This document shows positions 1 through 9,774 of a stretch of 64,000 bases of DNA, piece by piece. The notes under the pieces were generated by a model. That model saw only the letters and a list, made by a program, of their open reading frames with translations. It was not told the DNA's origin and did no database searches. A program made the translations under genes and the position numbers. Location of the stretch: positions 3,224,001-3,288,000 of the forward strand of contig OZ251224.1 in assembly GCA_965240325.2 (NCBI GenBank). The letters are read 5' to 3'. The DNA is from Rebecca billardiae RCC1528 (Eukaryota; Protista; Haptophyta). Each line of letters starts with the position of its first letter. The stretch's first letter is position 1.

Positions 1-263
1 CGCCGCCGTTGTGATGACGAGTTCGTGGCATGACACGAATAACGATGAGTCGTATTACGACTACCCTACTCGAACGTGCTACTGACGGATGAGTATTGTT
101 GCGCAATATGTACGTGCGCTAAAATTGGAACGGGCGATGGTACTGGTCGGTGAGCATCGTGCACATCAGTATCGCCTGATTTGCCTCATTCGATGAAGCA
201 ATTCTCGACCGGTCGTAACTTCACTATGTACCACCGCCATACAGTATCGCGACATTACTGTTA

Positions 264-298
264 ACCAAGTGTGCACGTTAAATCATAGTAAACTGTAC
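264..298 (-). repeat. 35-bp dispersed element, family 1 (GTACAGTTTACTATGWTTTAACGTGCACACTTGGT)
   Basis: Reverse complement matches 6636-6670 at 34/35 nt; ~195 bp upstream of the Sel1 gene ATG. Confidence 0.85.
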
Positions 299-493
299 CC
301 ATCATCTCAGGATGGATCACAGCCCGCGGAACATACGTGAAATTGGCCAAATTGCGCTTTAACGTCGCATCGTCGTCGCGCCAGCTTGATTAAGAATTAA
401 TTCAGTGTGGCCCGCCCGGCAAGAGCCTCGACTCTTCGACTAGTTCGAGGAAGAGGCGTGCCGCCGTGCCAACATCGCGCACAAGCTCAGTGA

Positions 494-2881
494 ATGGAGG
501 ACGCTAGCGTGGCGATGGAGCTTCTCCAAGCTGAATCGGCGCGGGGCGACGCCCGTGCGACATTCCAGCTCGCCGAGCGCTTTGCTGCGGGCGACGGAGT
601 TGCACAGGACCTCGTCGAGGCAGTTCGGCTGTACCTCGACGCTGCCGAGAGCGGGCTGGCCGACGCGCAGGCCAAACTGGGCGACATCTACATGGAAGGG
701 CCTTATGGGAGAGCGCCTGAACGGGAGGCGGCCGCGCGCTGGTACCAACTGGCGGCCGAGCAGGGCCATGCAGACGCGCAGTGCAAGATGGGACGATGCT
801 TCCGTGCGGGGACGGGTGTTGTGCAGGACGCGTGCAAGGCGACGCACTGGTTCAGGCTTGCGGCGGAGCAGGACCACTCTCGCGCGCAGAGCGAGCTCGG
901 CGCGTGCTACGGACTCGGCGAGGGGGTGACGCAGGACTGGGGCGAGTCTGTACGCTGGGTACGCCGCGCGGCTGAGCAGGGCTACAGTGTTGCGCAAGCG
1001 AATCTTGGTGGTTGCTACTCCGACGGCAAGGGCGTGCAGCGGGATGTTGCAGAGGCTGCGCGCTGGTGGCGGCTGGCAGCCGAGCAGGGCAATGCAATCG
1101 CGCAGTTCAACATGGGCGTCTGCTATTACCAAGGCATGGGCGTATTGCAGGATGTGCGCGAGGCGGCGCGCTGGTACCGATTGGCCGCCGACCAGGATCT
1201 GGCGGATGCGCAGTGGCGGCTCGGGGACATCACATTCAGAGGTGCTGAGGGCCTGCCCTCGAATGACACAGAAGCGGCGAGCTGGTACCTCCGGGCAGCC
1301 GTGCAAGGCCACGCTTCCGCGCAGTACAGCCTGGGCTATTGCTGCTTAATCGGCGTGGGGGTGCAGCAAGACATGGCAGAGGGCGCGCGTTGCATCCGGC
1401 TGGCGGCCGAGCAGGGCATCGCAGAAGCGCAGTGCGAGCTGGGAGTCTGCTTCCAACACGGGAGGGGCGTGACGAAGGATGATGCCGAGGCGGTGCGCTG
1501 GTTCCGGCCAGCTGCCGAGCAGGGCCACGCCCGAGCGCAGCTCCTTCTCGGCATCCGCTTCCATACGGGTGTGGGAGTGCCTAAGGACATGGCCGAGGCC
1601 CTGCGCTGGTGTCGACTGGCAGCCGATGCGGACGACGACCACGCTTCTGCATCTGCTGCGCAATTCGTCATCGGCGCATGCTACTCCCGAGGCGATGGCG
1701 TGCCACATGACCAGGGCGAGGCGGCGCGCTGGTATCGACTGGCAGCCGCGCAGGGCAACGGCATGGCGCAGGCCGACCTGGGCGCGTGCTACGCGCAAGG
1801 GCGAGGCGTGCCGCAGGATCGATCGGAGGCGGTGCGATTGTATCGCCTTGCTGCAGCACAGGGCGTTCCCGATGCGCAATTCAATCTGGGCTTGAGCTTC
1901 GAGTGGGGCAGAGGCCTCCCGCAGGATTGGAGCGAGGCAGTGCGCTGGTATCGGCTTGCAGCAGCGAACCGCCACGCGTCGGCACAGCTCAATCTCGGCC
2001 TGTGCTACGATCGGGGCACGGGCGTGACGCCCGACCGGGCCGAGGCGGCGCGATGGTACCAGCTCGCAGCAGCTCAGGGCAATGCCCTGGCACGCCTCAA
2101 TTTGGGTCGTCGCTGCGCGGGAGGCGACGGGGTGGCCAAGGACATGCGCAAGGCAGTGCAGTGGTTCCGGCTGGCCGCCGAGGCGGGTGAGGCACACGCG
2201 CAGACCGATCTGGCCGTGTGCTACGAAAATGGAGAGGGCGTGCAAAAGGACATGGCACAGGCGGTGCACTGGTACCGGCTCGCGGCTGAGCAAGGCTTCG
2301 ACGCTGCTCAATTCCGTCTCGCCCAGTGCTTTGCGACGGGCGATGGTGGCCTGCGGCAAGATTGGAGCGAGGCCGCGCGCTGGTATCGGCTGGCCGCTGA
2401 GCAGGGCCAGGTGGACGCGCAGTTCGCTTTGGGCATGCTTTGCAAGCTCGGTGGTTCTGGCGTGCCGCAAGACGATGCCGCGGCGGCGCGCTGGGCCCGG
2501 CTGGCAGCGGCTGGCGGAAGCGCGAAGGGGTATGCACTGCTGGGGAGTCTCACATTGGCGGGTAAGGGAGTGGGACGCGATGTGGAGAAGGGCTTGGCGT
2601 TGTACCGCCACGCTGCAGAGCTTGGCTACTCCATGGATCCAATGCAGCTTATGTCCGACTTTGCCGGAGATCGTGAGGTGGCTTCCAGGTGCTGCATCGT
2701 GTGCGGGCAGACTGCCCTGACCCTGACTGCTCCTGGGATGAGAATGAAGCAGTGCAGTGGGTGCCATGTGGCGCTTTTCTGCTCGCCCGAGCACCAGCGC
2801 CAAGCGTGGAAGGCGCACAGGGCGCACTGCCGCACGTGGAGCGGCCGCCGACTGGCTGAGCCTGGTGGTGTCACACAGTGA
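494..2881 (+). CDS. Sel1-like repeat protein with C-terminal MYND zinc finger
   Basis: About 19 repeats of the type AQxxLGxCYxxGxGVxQDxxEAxRWYRLAAEQG; C-terminal CIVC...CSGC...FCSPEHQRQAWKAHRAHC fits zf-MYND; single 795-aa ORF. Confidence 0.93.
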   Translation: MEDASVAMELLQAESARGDARATFQLAERFAAGDGVAQDLVEAVRLYLDAAESGLADAQAKLGDIYMEGPYGRAPEREAAARWYQLAAEQGHADAQCKMGRCFRAGTGVVQDACKATHWFRLAAEQDHSRAQSELGACYGLGEGVTQDWGESVRWVRRAAEQGYSVAQANLGGCYSDGKGVQRDVAEAARWWRLAAEQGNAIAQFNMGVCYYQGMGVLQDVREAARWYRLAADQDLADAQWRLGDITFRGAEGLPSNDTEAASWYLRAAVQGHASAQYSLGYCCLIGVGVQQDMAEGARCIRLAAEQGIAEAQCELGVCFQHGRGVTKDDAEAVRWFRPAAEQGHARAQLLLGIRFHTGVGVPKDMAEALRWCRLAADADDDHASASAAQFVIGACYSRGDGVPHDQGEAARWYRLAAAQGNGMAQADLGACYAQGRGVPQDRSEAVRLYRLAAAQGVPDAQFNLGLSFEWGRGLPQDWSEAVRWYRLAAANRHASAQLNLGLCYDRGTGVTPDRAEAARWYQLAAAQGNALARLNLGRRCAGGDGVAKDMRKAVQWFRLAAEAGEAHAQTDLAVCYENGEGVQKDMAQAVHWYRLAAEQGFDAAQFRLAQCFATGDGGLRQDWSEAARWYRLAAEQGQVDAQFALGMLCKLGGSGVPQDDAAAARWARLAAAGGSAKGYALLGSLTLAGKGVGRDVEKGLALYRHAAELGYSMDPMQLMSDFAGDREVASRCCIVCGQTALTLTAPGMRMKQCSGCHVALFCSPEHQRQAWKAHRAHCRTWSGRRLAEPGGVTQ

Positions 2882-3026
2882 CACGCGCATCACTGATCAT
2901 CGCAGTGATGCATATGAATAATTGTGACGACGCAATAATATAGCGAATAACTACGACTAGCTAGTCAGTAGTCACTCCCGGCCAACGCGACGCGGCTCAG
3001 AGTCTCCGCTCAGAGAGATGTCAGAT

Positions 3027-3081
3027 GAGAGAGAGAGAGAGAGAGACGATATAGATCTCTCTCTCTCTCTCTCTGTCTCGC

Positions 3082-3140
<59 letters not shown>
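3027..3140. repeat. (GA)n followed by (TC)n microsatellite
   Basis: GA run at 3027-3046, short spacer, then an interrupted TC run at 3056-3140. Confidence 0.95.
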
Positions 3141-3146
<6 letters not shown>

Positions 3147-3555
3147 ACGCGATATATAGCTACCATCAGCGTACGACGTCCGTACGCGCGGTAGGATGCG
3201 ACTTCTGTAGTAGTGCGACTCACAGCAATAATTCGGATTGCGTCTGATGATCATGATGCAGCAGCGCGCCAGACGCGCGCAGTATGATCGCACAGGCGGT
3301 CGTCACAATATAGCGTAAATGTTGCCGACTTCCTTCGGAGACGATTCGTGACTGTGATTAGTACGTGCTCGGTGCTGATGACTACTGCTGACTGCAGGAT
3401 GCGGACCCGTTTGCACTCTGCAGTCTTGCCGAGCGCTCTCCGGTCGAACTCGATCCCTTGGTCGGCACTTTTGGAAGTGCTCCGGCCGCAGCCTTCCTGC
3501 GCGGCGAGGCCGCCTGCTGTCCGTGTTGCCCGGCTCCCCGCCGTGCTCGCCGGCG

Positions 3556-4935
3556 TCACTCGCCGTCACGGAAGCCGCAGACCACCGTCGTGGAGAGGGC
3601 GTGCAGCTCCTCCTCGAGCGAGTCGAGCTCGGCGCTGAGCTCGGACACGCGCTGCTCGTAGGCCTCGCCCCACCACGCGAAGGAGTCGAGCACGACCTTG
3701 CTGCTCGTGTGCTGCAGCACGGCCTGCATCGCCGCCTTGCTCGCGGCGACGAGCAGCAGCGAGCCGGCGCCCGCGTCGCCGCAACCCGACGCCGACGCGA
3801 TTGGCAGCAGCACGCGCGCCACCTTGAGCGAGTGCACGGCCCACTCGGCGACCTGCATGCTGACGGACGCGGCCTGCTCGTACGAGAGCTCGACCGCGTT
3901 CAGCCGCTCCTCCGCCGCGCCGAGCTTCGGCTGGCGCAGCGCCGCCATCACGCGGCAGTAAGCGCTCATGTCCAGCCCGGCCAGCCTCTCCAGGCACTTG
4001 CGCGCGCCCGCGAGCTCCGCGTGCGCCCGGTCGACGGTCGCGCGCTCGGGGCTGCCCGGGTAGGGCCCGCGCGTGAGCGCGGCCGCCATCATGAGGAGCG
4101 ACGCCCCTTGCGCCGCGGTGAGCGCCACGCACGTGCCCCCCGCCGGCGCGGCGAGGTCGTTCGCCAGCGCGTTGTGCAGCGACTCGAGCGTGTCGTGCAT
4201 GAGCATCATCGGCGACATCTCGCCGATGAACACGTACAGCAGCGCCTCCCACGCGGCGCTGACGTCGAGCAGGCGCTGGTGGCGGTCGACGGGCTGCGCG
4301 CCGAAGCGGCGGCGCGGGAGCGGCGAGTCCCGATCGTCGTCCGACGAGAACGCATCGTCGGACGACTCGGCGTTCTCGCGGTCGTTGAGCGCCTGCTGGT
4401 CAACGATCGAGACCATCTGCATGAACGAGGATTTGACCGCGGAGAAGTGCTGCAGGTGCGCCCTGTACTTGACGTGACGCTCTCCGAGCGCGCGCAACCC
4501 CTCCGCCAGCGTCGGCGTGTCGCTGATCGCGCCGCCCACCCACTTGAGCATCCCCATCAGCATCCGCTCCTGCTGCGACGTCGACCCAAACAACGGCTTG
4601 AGCTCGGGCGAGATTGAGAAGAGCTCGCCGTAGAAGATGGAGGCGGCCTCGGCACTGCCGATGACCGGGATGGACTCATTGATGAGTCTCATCGTGTCCG
4701 ACGTGAGGGCGAGGGCTGGGGAGCCCCCGATCGTCGGGAGCTCGGGCCGCTCGGTCGGGAACTTTGAGCCCGGGGAATCGGCCTCGATCCGCGTCCGCGT
4801 GCGCCGCGTGAGGCGGAGCCAGATCGACCGCGGGTGCATTCGCGAGCGCTGGGTGCGCTGCCAGACAACCGCCACGCCGAAGCCGGCGACAACGCCGACC
4901 AACGCCGCGCCCGCGAGAGCGGGAGCCGACGTCAT
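3556..4935 (-). CDS. N-terminally anchored globin fused to a formiminotransferase-cyclodeaminase (FTCD_C/FchA-like) domain
   Basis: Likely ATG at 4935 (MTSAPALAGAALVGVVAGFGVAVVW, hydrophobic). Globin motifs FYGELFSISPELKPLF, QQ, LRALGERHVKY, AAWEALL. Cyclodeaminase motifs LANDLAAPAGGT, AAQGASLLMM, LDMSAYCRVMAALRQPK, GDAGAG. Confidence 0.82.
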   Translation of the reverse strand: MTSAPALAGAALVGVVAGFGVAVVWQRTQRSRMHPRSIWLRLTRRTRTRIEADSPGSKFPTERPELPTIGGSPALALTSDTMRLINESIPVIGSAEAASIFYGELFSISPELKPLFGSTSQQERMLMGMLKWVGGAISDTPTLAEGLRALGERHVKYRAHLQHFSAVKSSFMQMVSIVDQQALNDRENAESSDDAFSSDDDRDSPLPRRRFGAQPVDRHQRLLDVSAAWEALLYVFIGEMSPMMLMHDTLESLHNALANDLAAPAGGTCVALTAAQGASLLMMAAALTRGPYPGSPERATVDRAHAELAGARKCLERLAGLDMSAYCRVMAALRQPKLGAAEERLNAVELSYEQAASVSMQVAEWAVHSLKVARVLLPIASASGCGDAGAGSLLLVAASKAAMQAVLQHTSSKVVLDSFAWWGEAYEQRVSELSAELDSLEEELHALSTTVVCGFRDGE

Positions 4936-5166
4936 GGGCGCGCGGGAAGGACCGTGGGCCGGTCGCGCGCGGAGCACTCTAAAGACTAACTCTTCAGAAG
5001 ACGGTACCCCCGTACCCCCATACCTTGCGGGTAAGCAAAGCGGGTGAAAGGTGTTCACAATGCGAAATACGATCCGGCTTGATCCGGCCGCGGTCCGGCT
5101 TGATGCATTGATGACGGCGGGAGACATGCGCGTGGCCGTCGCGAGCTGAAGGACCTGCGCGCGCAG

Positions 5167-6387
5167 ATGTGGCACGACCGCACGAACGTGCTCGACGCCC
5201 TGCTCGTCCTCACCGTCTACCTCCTCGTCCCCGGCTTCTACCCTCCGGCCGCCTCAGCCGCTCTTGCCGTCTACGTCGCGCGCCGGCTGCGGCGGCTCCC
5301 GCGCCTTCGCCTTCGCTCCACGCCCCCGACTGTCGAGTGCATCCTCTTCGGAGCGTCGCCGCTCGCGGGCTTCACCTACGCGCCGTGCTCGGAGGCGGAG
5401 GCGGTCGAGGCAGTGCGCGCGGCCGTGGAGCTCGGCGTGTGCGCGTTCGATACGGCGCCGCACTACGGGCTCGGCGTGAGCGAGTCTCGGCTCGCAAAGG
5501 GCCTGCAGAGCCTCCCGCGCGGCGCGCCAAAGTGCCGAGTCTGGACCAAGGTCGGGCGCTACCTCCTGCCGCGCGACCAGCTGCACAGCGCGCTTGGGAC
5601 GGGCGAGGTCCGTGGCGACGCCGTCGAGTGGGACAACATGGGCGGCTCCCCGACGTGCCTGTTCCCCGACGTGGACCAGAGCGTCGGCGAGGTGGCCGAC
5701 TACTCCGCCGCCGCCGCTCGCCGCGCGCACGACGGCAGCGTGCGCCGCCTCGCGCTGCAGCCGCCAGCCCAGCTCGCCGGTCAGCGCGTGCATGACCCGG
5801 ACACAGACGAGCGCTGCGCCGCGGCGCTCGCGCCCGATGGCGCCGTGGACGAGCTCGTGCGGATGCGCACGGCCGGAGAGATCAGCGAGGTGAGCATCGG
5901 GTGCTGGTCGAACGAGCACGTGCTGCGCATGCTCCGCTCGAAGCCGCGCGGCACCTTCGACTCCGTCATGCTCGCCGGCCGGTGGAACCTGCTGGACCAG
6001 TCGGGCGCGGAGGTGCTCGCCGAGTGCGAGCGCTTGGGAGTGCGCGTGCACAACGCGTCGGTCTTCGCGAGCGGGCTGCTCGCCGGGGGCTGGACGTACC
6101 AGAACAAGGAGGCGCCGGTCGAGATCAAGCAGCGCGCGGCGCAGTGGGCCGCTCTCGCCGCGAAGTACGGGACGACCCTGCCCGCGCTGGCGCTGCAGTT
6201 CGCTCTTCTGCCGGACGTGGTCGAGCTCGTCGCGATCGGCATGACCAACCGCACGCAGCTCGAGCAGAACAAGGCGTGGGTCGAGGAGCGCGTGGACCCG
6301 CGTGTGTGGCATGACGCGCGCCGGCTGGGCTTGCTGCCAACGAGCGTGCCGCTCCCTGCCGTCCCCACCGCGCCCTCGTCCGCATGA
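5167..6387 (+). CDS. Aldo-keto reductase (aldose/L-fucose dehydrogenase-like) with hydrophobic N-terminus
   Basis: FDTAPHYGLG, WTKVGR, RVHDPD (Asp/Tyr/Lys/His tetrad), AGRWNLLDQ, VFASGLLA. Confidence 0.9.
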   Translation: MWHDRTNVLDALLVLTVYLLVPGFYPPAASAALAVYVARRLRRLPRLRLRSTPPTVECILFGASPLAGFTYAPCSEAEAVEAVRAAVELGVCAFDTAPHYGLGVSESRLAKGLQSLPRGAPKCRVWTKVGRYLLPRDQLHSALGTGEVRGDAVEWDNMGGSPTCLFPDVDQSVGEVADYSAAAARRAHDGSVRRLALQPPAQLAGQRVHDPDTDERCAAALAPDGAVDELVRMRTAGEISEVSIGCWSNEHVLRMLRSKPRGTFDSVMLAGRWNLLDQSGAEVLAECERLGVRVHNASVFASGLLAGGWTYQNKEAPVEIKQRAAQWAALAAKYGTTLPALALQFALLPDVVELVAIGMTNRTQLEQNKAWVEERVDPRVWHDARRLGLLPTSVPLPAVPTAPSSA

Positions 6388-6635
6388 CTCGGTGACGAGC
6401 ATGCGCTCTGCTCAGCACCCGGAGGTGCCGCTGGAACCGCCGCGGTGCCCTCAGGCGCCGCGGCGTGGCGCCGCGCGCGCACCCGGCCGCCGTCTTGGAC
6501 TTGAGGCGCGCCTGGTTGCCAGCTTTGAGGCAACGAACTATGACGACTACTCACAAACAGTGTGCGGGTCGCATGCTGCCGCCGATAGACACCGCCGCCG
6601 AGCTTGTCTGTCATACGCGCGTAGTAGTAACTATA

Positions 6636-6670
6636 GTACAGTTTACTATGTTTTAACGTGCACACTTGGT
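6636..6670 (+). repeat. 35-bp dispersed element, family 1 (second copy)
   Basis: 34/35 identical to the reverse complement of 264-298; ~205 bp upstream of the PCS ATG. Confidence 0.85.
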
Positions 6671-6873
6671 GGCGTGCCGTTAGTACAGTCTTGATCAGTG
6701 CCAGTGCCCTGGTGGGCAGCCTCGCGCATGAAGAGTGAATTCGTCAGTTCGAAAAAAGCGCGCGCGACGACTGCCGAGGCGCGGGCGCAGCGCGGCGTGC
6801 CAGTGCCACTGGGCAGCCGCGACGCGCGGACTCGAGGTGCTGCTTGCCGTCAAGGCCGCCTGCGCAGCGAGCC

Positions 6874-8448
6874 ATGATGGGCGCGCGCATGCCCATCAGG
6901 TGGCGTGCGGCTCGGCGGGTGGCCCTGTCGTCGTCGGCGGCGCTCACCTCCTCGGGCCGGATAGCACCGGCGAGCACGCTCGAGGACGACTTGCTGCCCA
7001 TCAATCGGCTGCCCACGCCGCCTGCGCTCGCCGCCAGTGGCGCCTACTACCGCCGGCCACTCTCGGATGACCTTGTGCCGTTCAGCTCACCGCGCGGGCG
7101 CAAGCTCTTTGAGGAGGCGATGGAGGCACGGAGTATGGAGAGCTACTGGCCGCTCGCCGAGCACTTCCAGTGCCAGGCGCACCCAGCCTTCTGCGGGCTC
7201 ACCACGCTCACCATGGTGCTCAACTCGCTCGAGATCGACCCGGGGCGGCCATGGAAGGGGCCATGGCGCTGGTTCACCGAGGAGATGCTCGACTGCTGCA
7301 AGCCACTGACCGAGATCGTGCGCTCGGGGCTCAGCCTCCGCGAGTTCGCCACGCTCGCGCGCTGTCAGGACGCGCAGGTCGAGCTGCACTATGCGTCGGC
7401 GTGCTCGCTCGATGAGTTCCGCGACGCCATCGCCGCGGTGTGCCGGCCGACGGCGGAAGGCGAGCCGCCGAGCGATCGGCTCGTGCTCTCGTTCTGCCGG
7501 CAGAAGATCGGGCAGACGGGGAGCGGCCACTTCTCCCCCGTCGCCGGCTACCACCCCGGCGAGGACCGGATGCTGATCCTCGACACGGCGAGGTTCAAAT
7601 ATCCGCCCTTCTGGGTACGCGTCGAGATGATGTGGGAGGCGATGCGCGCGCAGGTACAGCCGGACTTCCCGGTGTCGCGCGGGTACATGCTGATCCGCAA
7701 GCGCAAGCTGCCCCCATCGCACTGCCCCACCACTATCGCCTCCTTCGCCGCCGCCGCGCCGCGCCTCCGGCTGTGCTGGTCAAAGGCCCTCAAGCACTTT
7801 CTGGTGAGCGCCGCGCTGCTCGACGGTGGCGCGCCCCTCGAGGCGAGCACCGGCGCGACGCCCGCGGATGCGGCCGGGGCTACGTCTCAGGGCGCGACGG
7901 TGGGCCCGCCGGTGGCGCTGGCGAGCGTCGCCCCCGCCGCGCGGCACGTCGACTGCTGTCCGGAGCATGCTGGCACGGGCAGCAGCGGCGCTGCAGCGGC
8001 CGCGGATGCGCGGTGCTGCACTGAGGCGCTGCGCGAGCAACTCGAGCTCCTGTTCCTGAGCACGTCTGGGAACGGCAGCCTCTCCCTCGCAGAGACGCTC
8101 ATGGCCGAGGCGCAGCGGCATGGGCTGGACACGGCGAGAATCTCCGAGCACCTCAACCCGCTCACGGAGACCGAGACGCGCCGATGTGTCGCCGCGACGC
8201 TGCGGCGGGCAGGATACGCGCAGGTGGTGGACCTCGCGACGCTGATGGTGCTCGCAGGTGCGGAGTACGAGCCGTTCCGACAAAAGCTCGGGCCACAGGC
8301 GGCCGCTGAGCTCGTGTCGATGCACCGTCGGGATATGGCGCTGGAGTCACTGCCCCTTCTTGACGAGGTGCTCGCGTACCAGGTTGGAAAGATCCGAGAC
8401 CAGATGCACCTGCTCGGCATGGTGCCGGAGGGCTGCCTCATGCTGTGA
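6874..8448 (+). CDS. PCS: Phytochelatin synthase
   Basis: QAHPAFCGLTTLTMVLNSL, WKGPWRWFTEEMLDCC, GQTGSGHFSPVAGYH, LILDTARFKYPPFWV; Cys-His-Asp triad intact; first in-frame ATG at 6874. Confidence 0.96.
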   Translation: MMGARMPIRWRAARRVALSSSAALTSSGRIAPASTLEDDLLPINRLPTPPALAASGAYYRRPLSDDLVPFSSPRGRKLFEEAMEARSMESYWPLAEHFQCQAHPAFCGLTTLTMVLNSLEIDPGRPWKGPWRWFTEEMLDCCKPLTEIVRSGLSLREFATLARCQDAQVELHYASACSLDEFRDAIAAVCRPTAEGEPPSDRLVLSFCRQKIGQTGSGHFSPVAGYHPGEDRMLILDTARFKYPPFWVRVEMMWEAMRAQVQPDFPVSRGYMLIRKRKLPPSHCPTTIASFAAAAPRLRLCWSKALKHFLVSAALLDGGAPLEASTGATPADAAGATSQGATVGPPVALASVAPAARHVDCCPEHAGTGSSGAAAAADARCCTEALREQLELLFLSTSGNGSLSLAETLMAEAQRHGLDTARISEHLNPLTETETRRCVAATLRRAGYAQVVDLATLMVLAGAEYEPFRQKLGPQAAAELVSMHRRDMALESLPLLDEVLAYQVGKIRDQMHLLGMVPEGCLML

Positions 8449-8835
8449 CGGCAGTCGTCGCAGTGCTGATGCGGCCTACTCCGACGATCTCTGAGCTCTA
8501 ATCTACTGCTACGTATATACTAATCATCGCGCATATGGCTATTAATTAGCTAGATCATGTGCTATTAAATAACTAGTAGTCTAGTATTCATTATATATAT
8601 ATGTGTGTATTATTATATAATATATATACTTATTCTGATCGTCATCAGCAGCGGGCGCAGCGGCGGATCCATCACCCGGCCCCGGGCCCGGGGATCAGGA
8701 TGTCATCCGTTGTCATAGTAATATCGAGTCATCGACTCAGCTCATGTCATCGTCACAAAGTTGGCGGCAGCAGTGGCACCACCAGCGTCATGGGCCGAAA
8801 ACGACCCCCTGCGTAGACACCTGGCCACGCTGAAG

Positions 8836-9675
8836 CTACGACTGCAGCTGCTTGGCCATCGCGAGCAGCGTCGCTTCGGCTGTGGAGACCTCGAGCTTGG
8901 AGCCGGAGTTGGCAGAAGCGACGCGCGTCACTCTGCTGGGCTGCGTCCACACCGTCTCGAAGCCTAGGCGCTCGTAGAGCTTGACGGCGGGCGTGTTCAG
9001 CTCCTCCACGAGGAGCCACAGATCATCGCCGCCCCAGCCATCCGCCGAGCCAACCAGCTCCTCGCAGCTCTTGACCAGCCGCGCACCAAGCCCCGTGCCG
9101 CGCGTGTCAGGGCGGACTGCCAGGTTGGACAGGACTGGCCGGACGGCTTGGGTCTCGAGGAATGCGCTGGAGAGCTCAGCCAGTGAAGCTTTCCGGTATT
9201 GGCTGCGCTCACGCCCGCCCATCCCCGCGAACTTGTCACTGAAGAACGTCTCCGCCTGCTCCCGATCCCAGAAGGCATTCGCGATCGGATCGATAACCGT
9301 CATCTCGACGCCGGCGCATCCGAGGATGCTCTCGCCGTCGTGGGCGATGAGCAACGCCGACGGGAAGCGCCGTTTACCCGTGAGCTCTGCATACCGCCGG
9401 TCAAAATCTCGCTGGTGCTCGTCCGACAGCTGGCCAACCTGCTCATCGGAGAGCTGGTCAAAGCTCGGCCAGAACGCGCGCGCGAAGAAGCCGGCGGCAT
9501 CCTTAATGACGCCATCGCCGACAGCGCGCTCGATGGTCACCTCGGTGGTCGACAGCACGGCGTGGGCTCGATGGGCACGTGGATGCCGTGCGATCGGAGC
9601 GTGCAACGCCCTGCTGCTGTGCAGAGCAATGGCGCAAGGGGAGAGGACGAGTGCGGCGAGGATTGCGCACACCAT
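8836..9675 (-). CDS. GNAT-family N-acetyltransferase, probable bipartite plastid-targeting presequence
   Basis: LSNLAVRPDTRGTGLGARLV and NTPAVKLYERLGF acetyl-CoA motifs; signal peptide followed by an R/H/A-rich transit-like stretch from ATG 9675. Confidence 0.88.
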   Translation of the reverse strand: MVCAILAALVLSPCAIALHSSRALHAPIARHPRAHRAHAVLSTTEVTIERAVGDGVIKDAAGFFARAFWPSFDQLSDEQVGQLSDEHQRDFDRRYAELTGKRRFPSALLIAHDGESILGCAGVEMTVIDPIANAFWDREQAETFFSDKFAGMGGRERSQYRKASLAELSSAFLETQAVRPVLSNLAVRPDTRGTGLGARLVKSCEELVGSADGWGGDDLWLLVEELNTPAVKLYERLGFETVWTQPSRVTRVASANSGSKLEVSTAEATLLAMAKQLQS

Positions 9676-9774
9676 CGTGGCGAGCGATGCTTCGCGCCAC
9701 GCCACGCGATTTCGTTGTCCTCGCCTTCAGAAATGATTTCTGGCGCGAAATCACAGGGACGGGTTGAACGCAGG

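Noticed and set aside
9199-9774. N-terminal extension of the RUN ORF overlapping the GNAT gene
   Set aside because: It starts from a non-ATG codon and is the antisense shadow of GNAT; ATG 9775 is the more plausible start.
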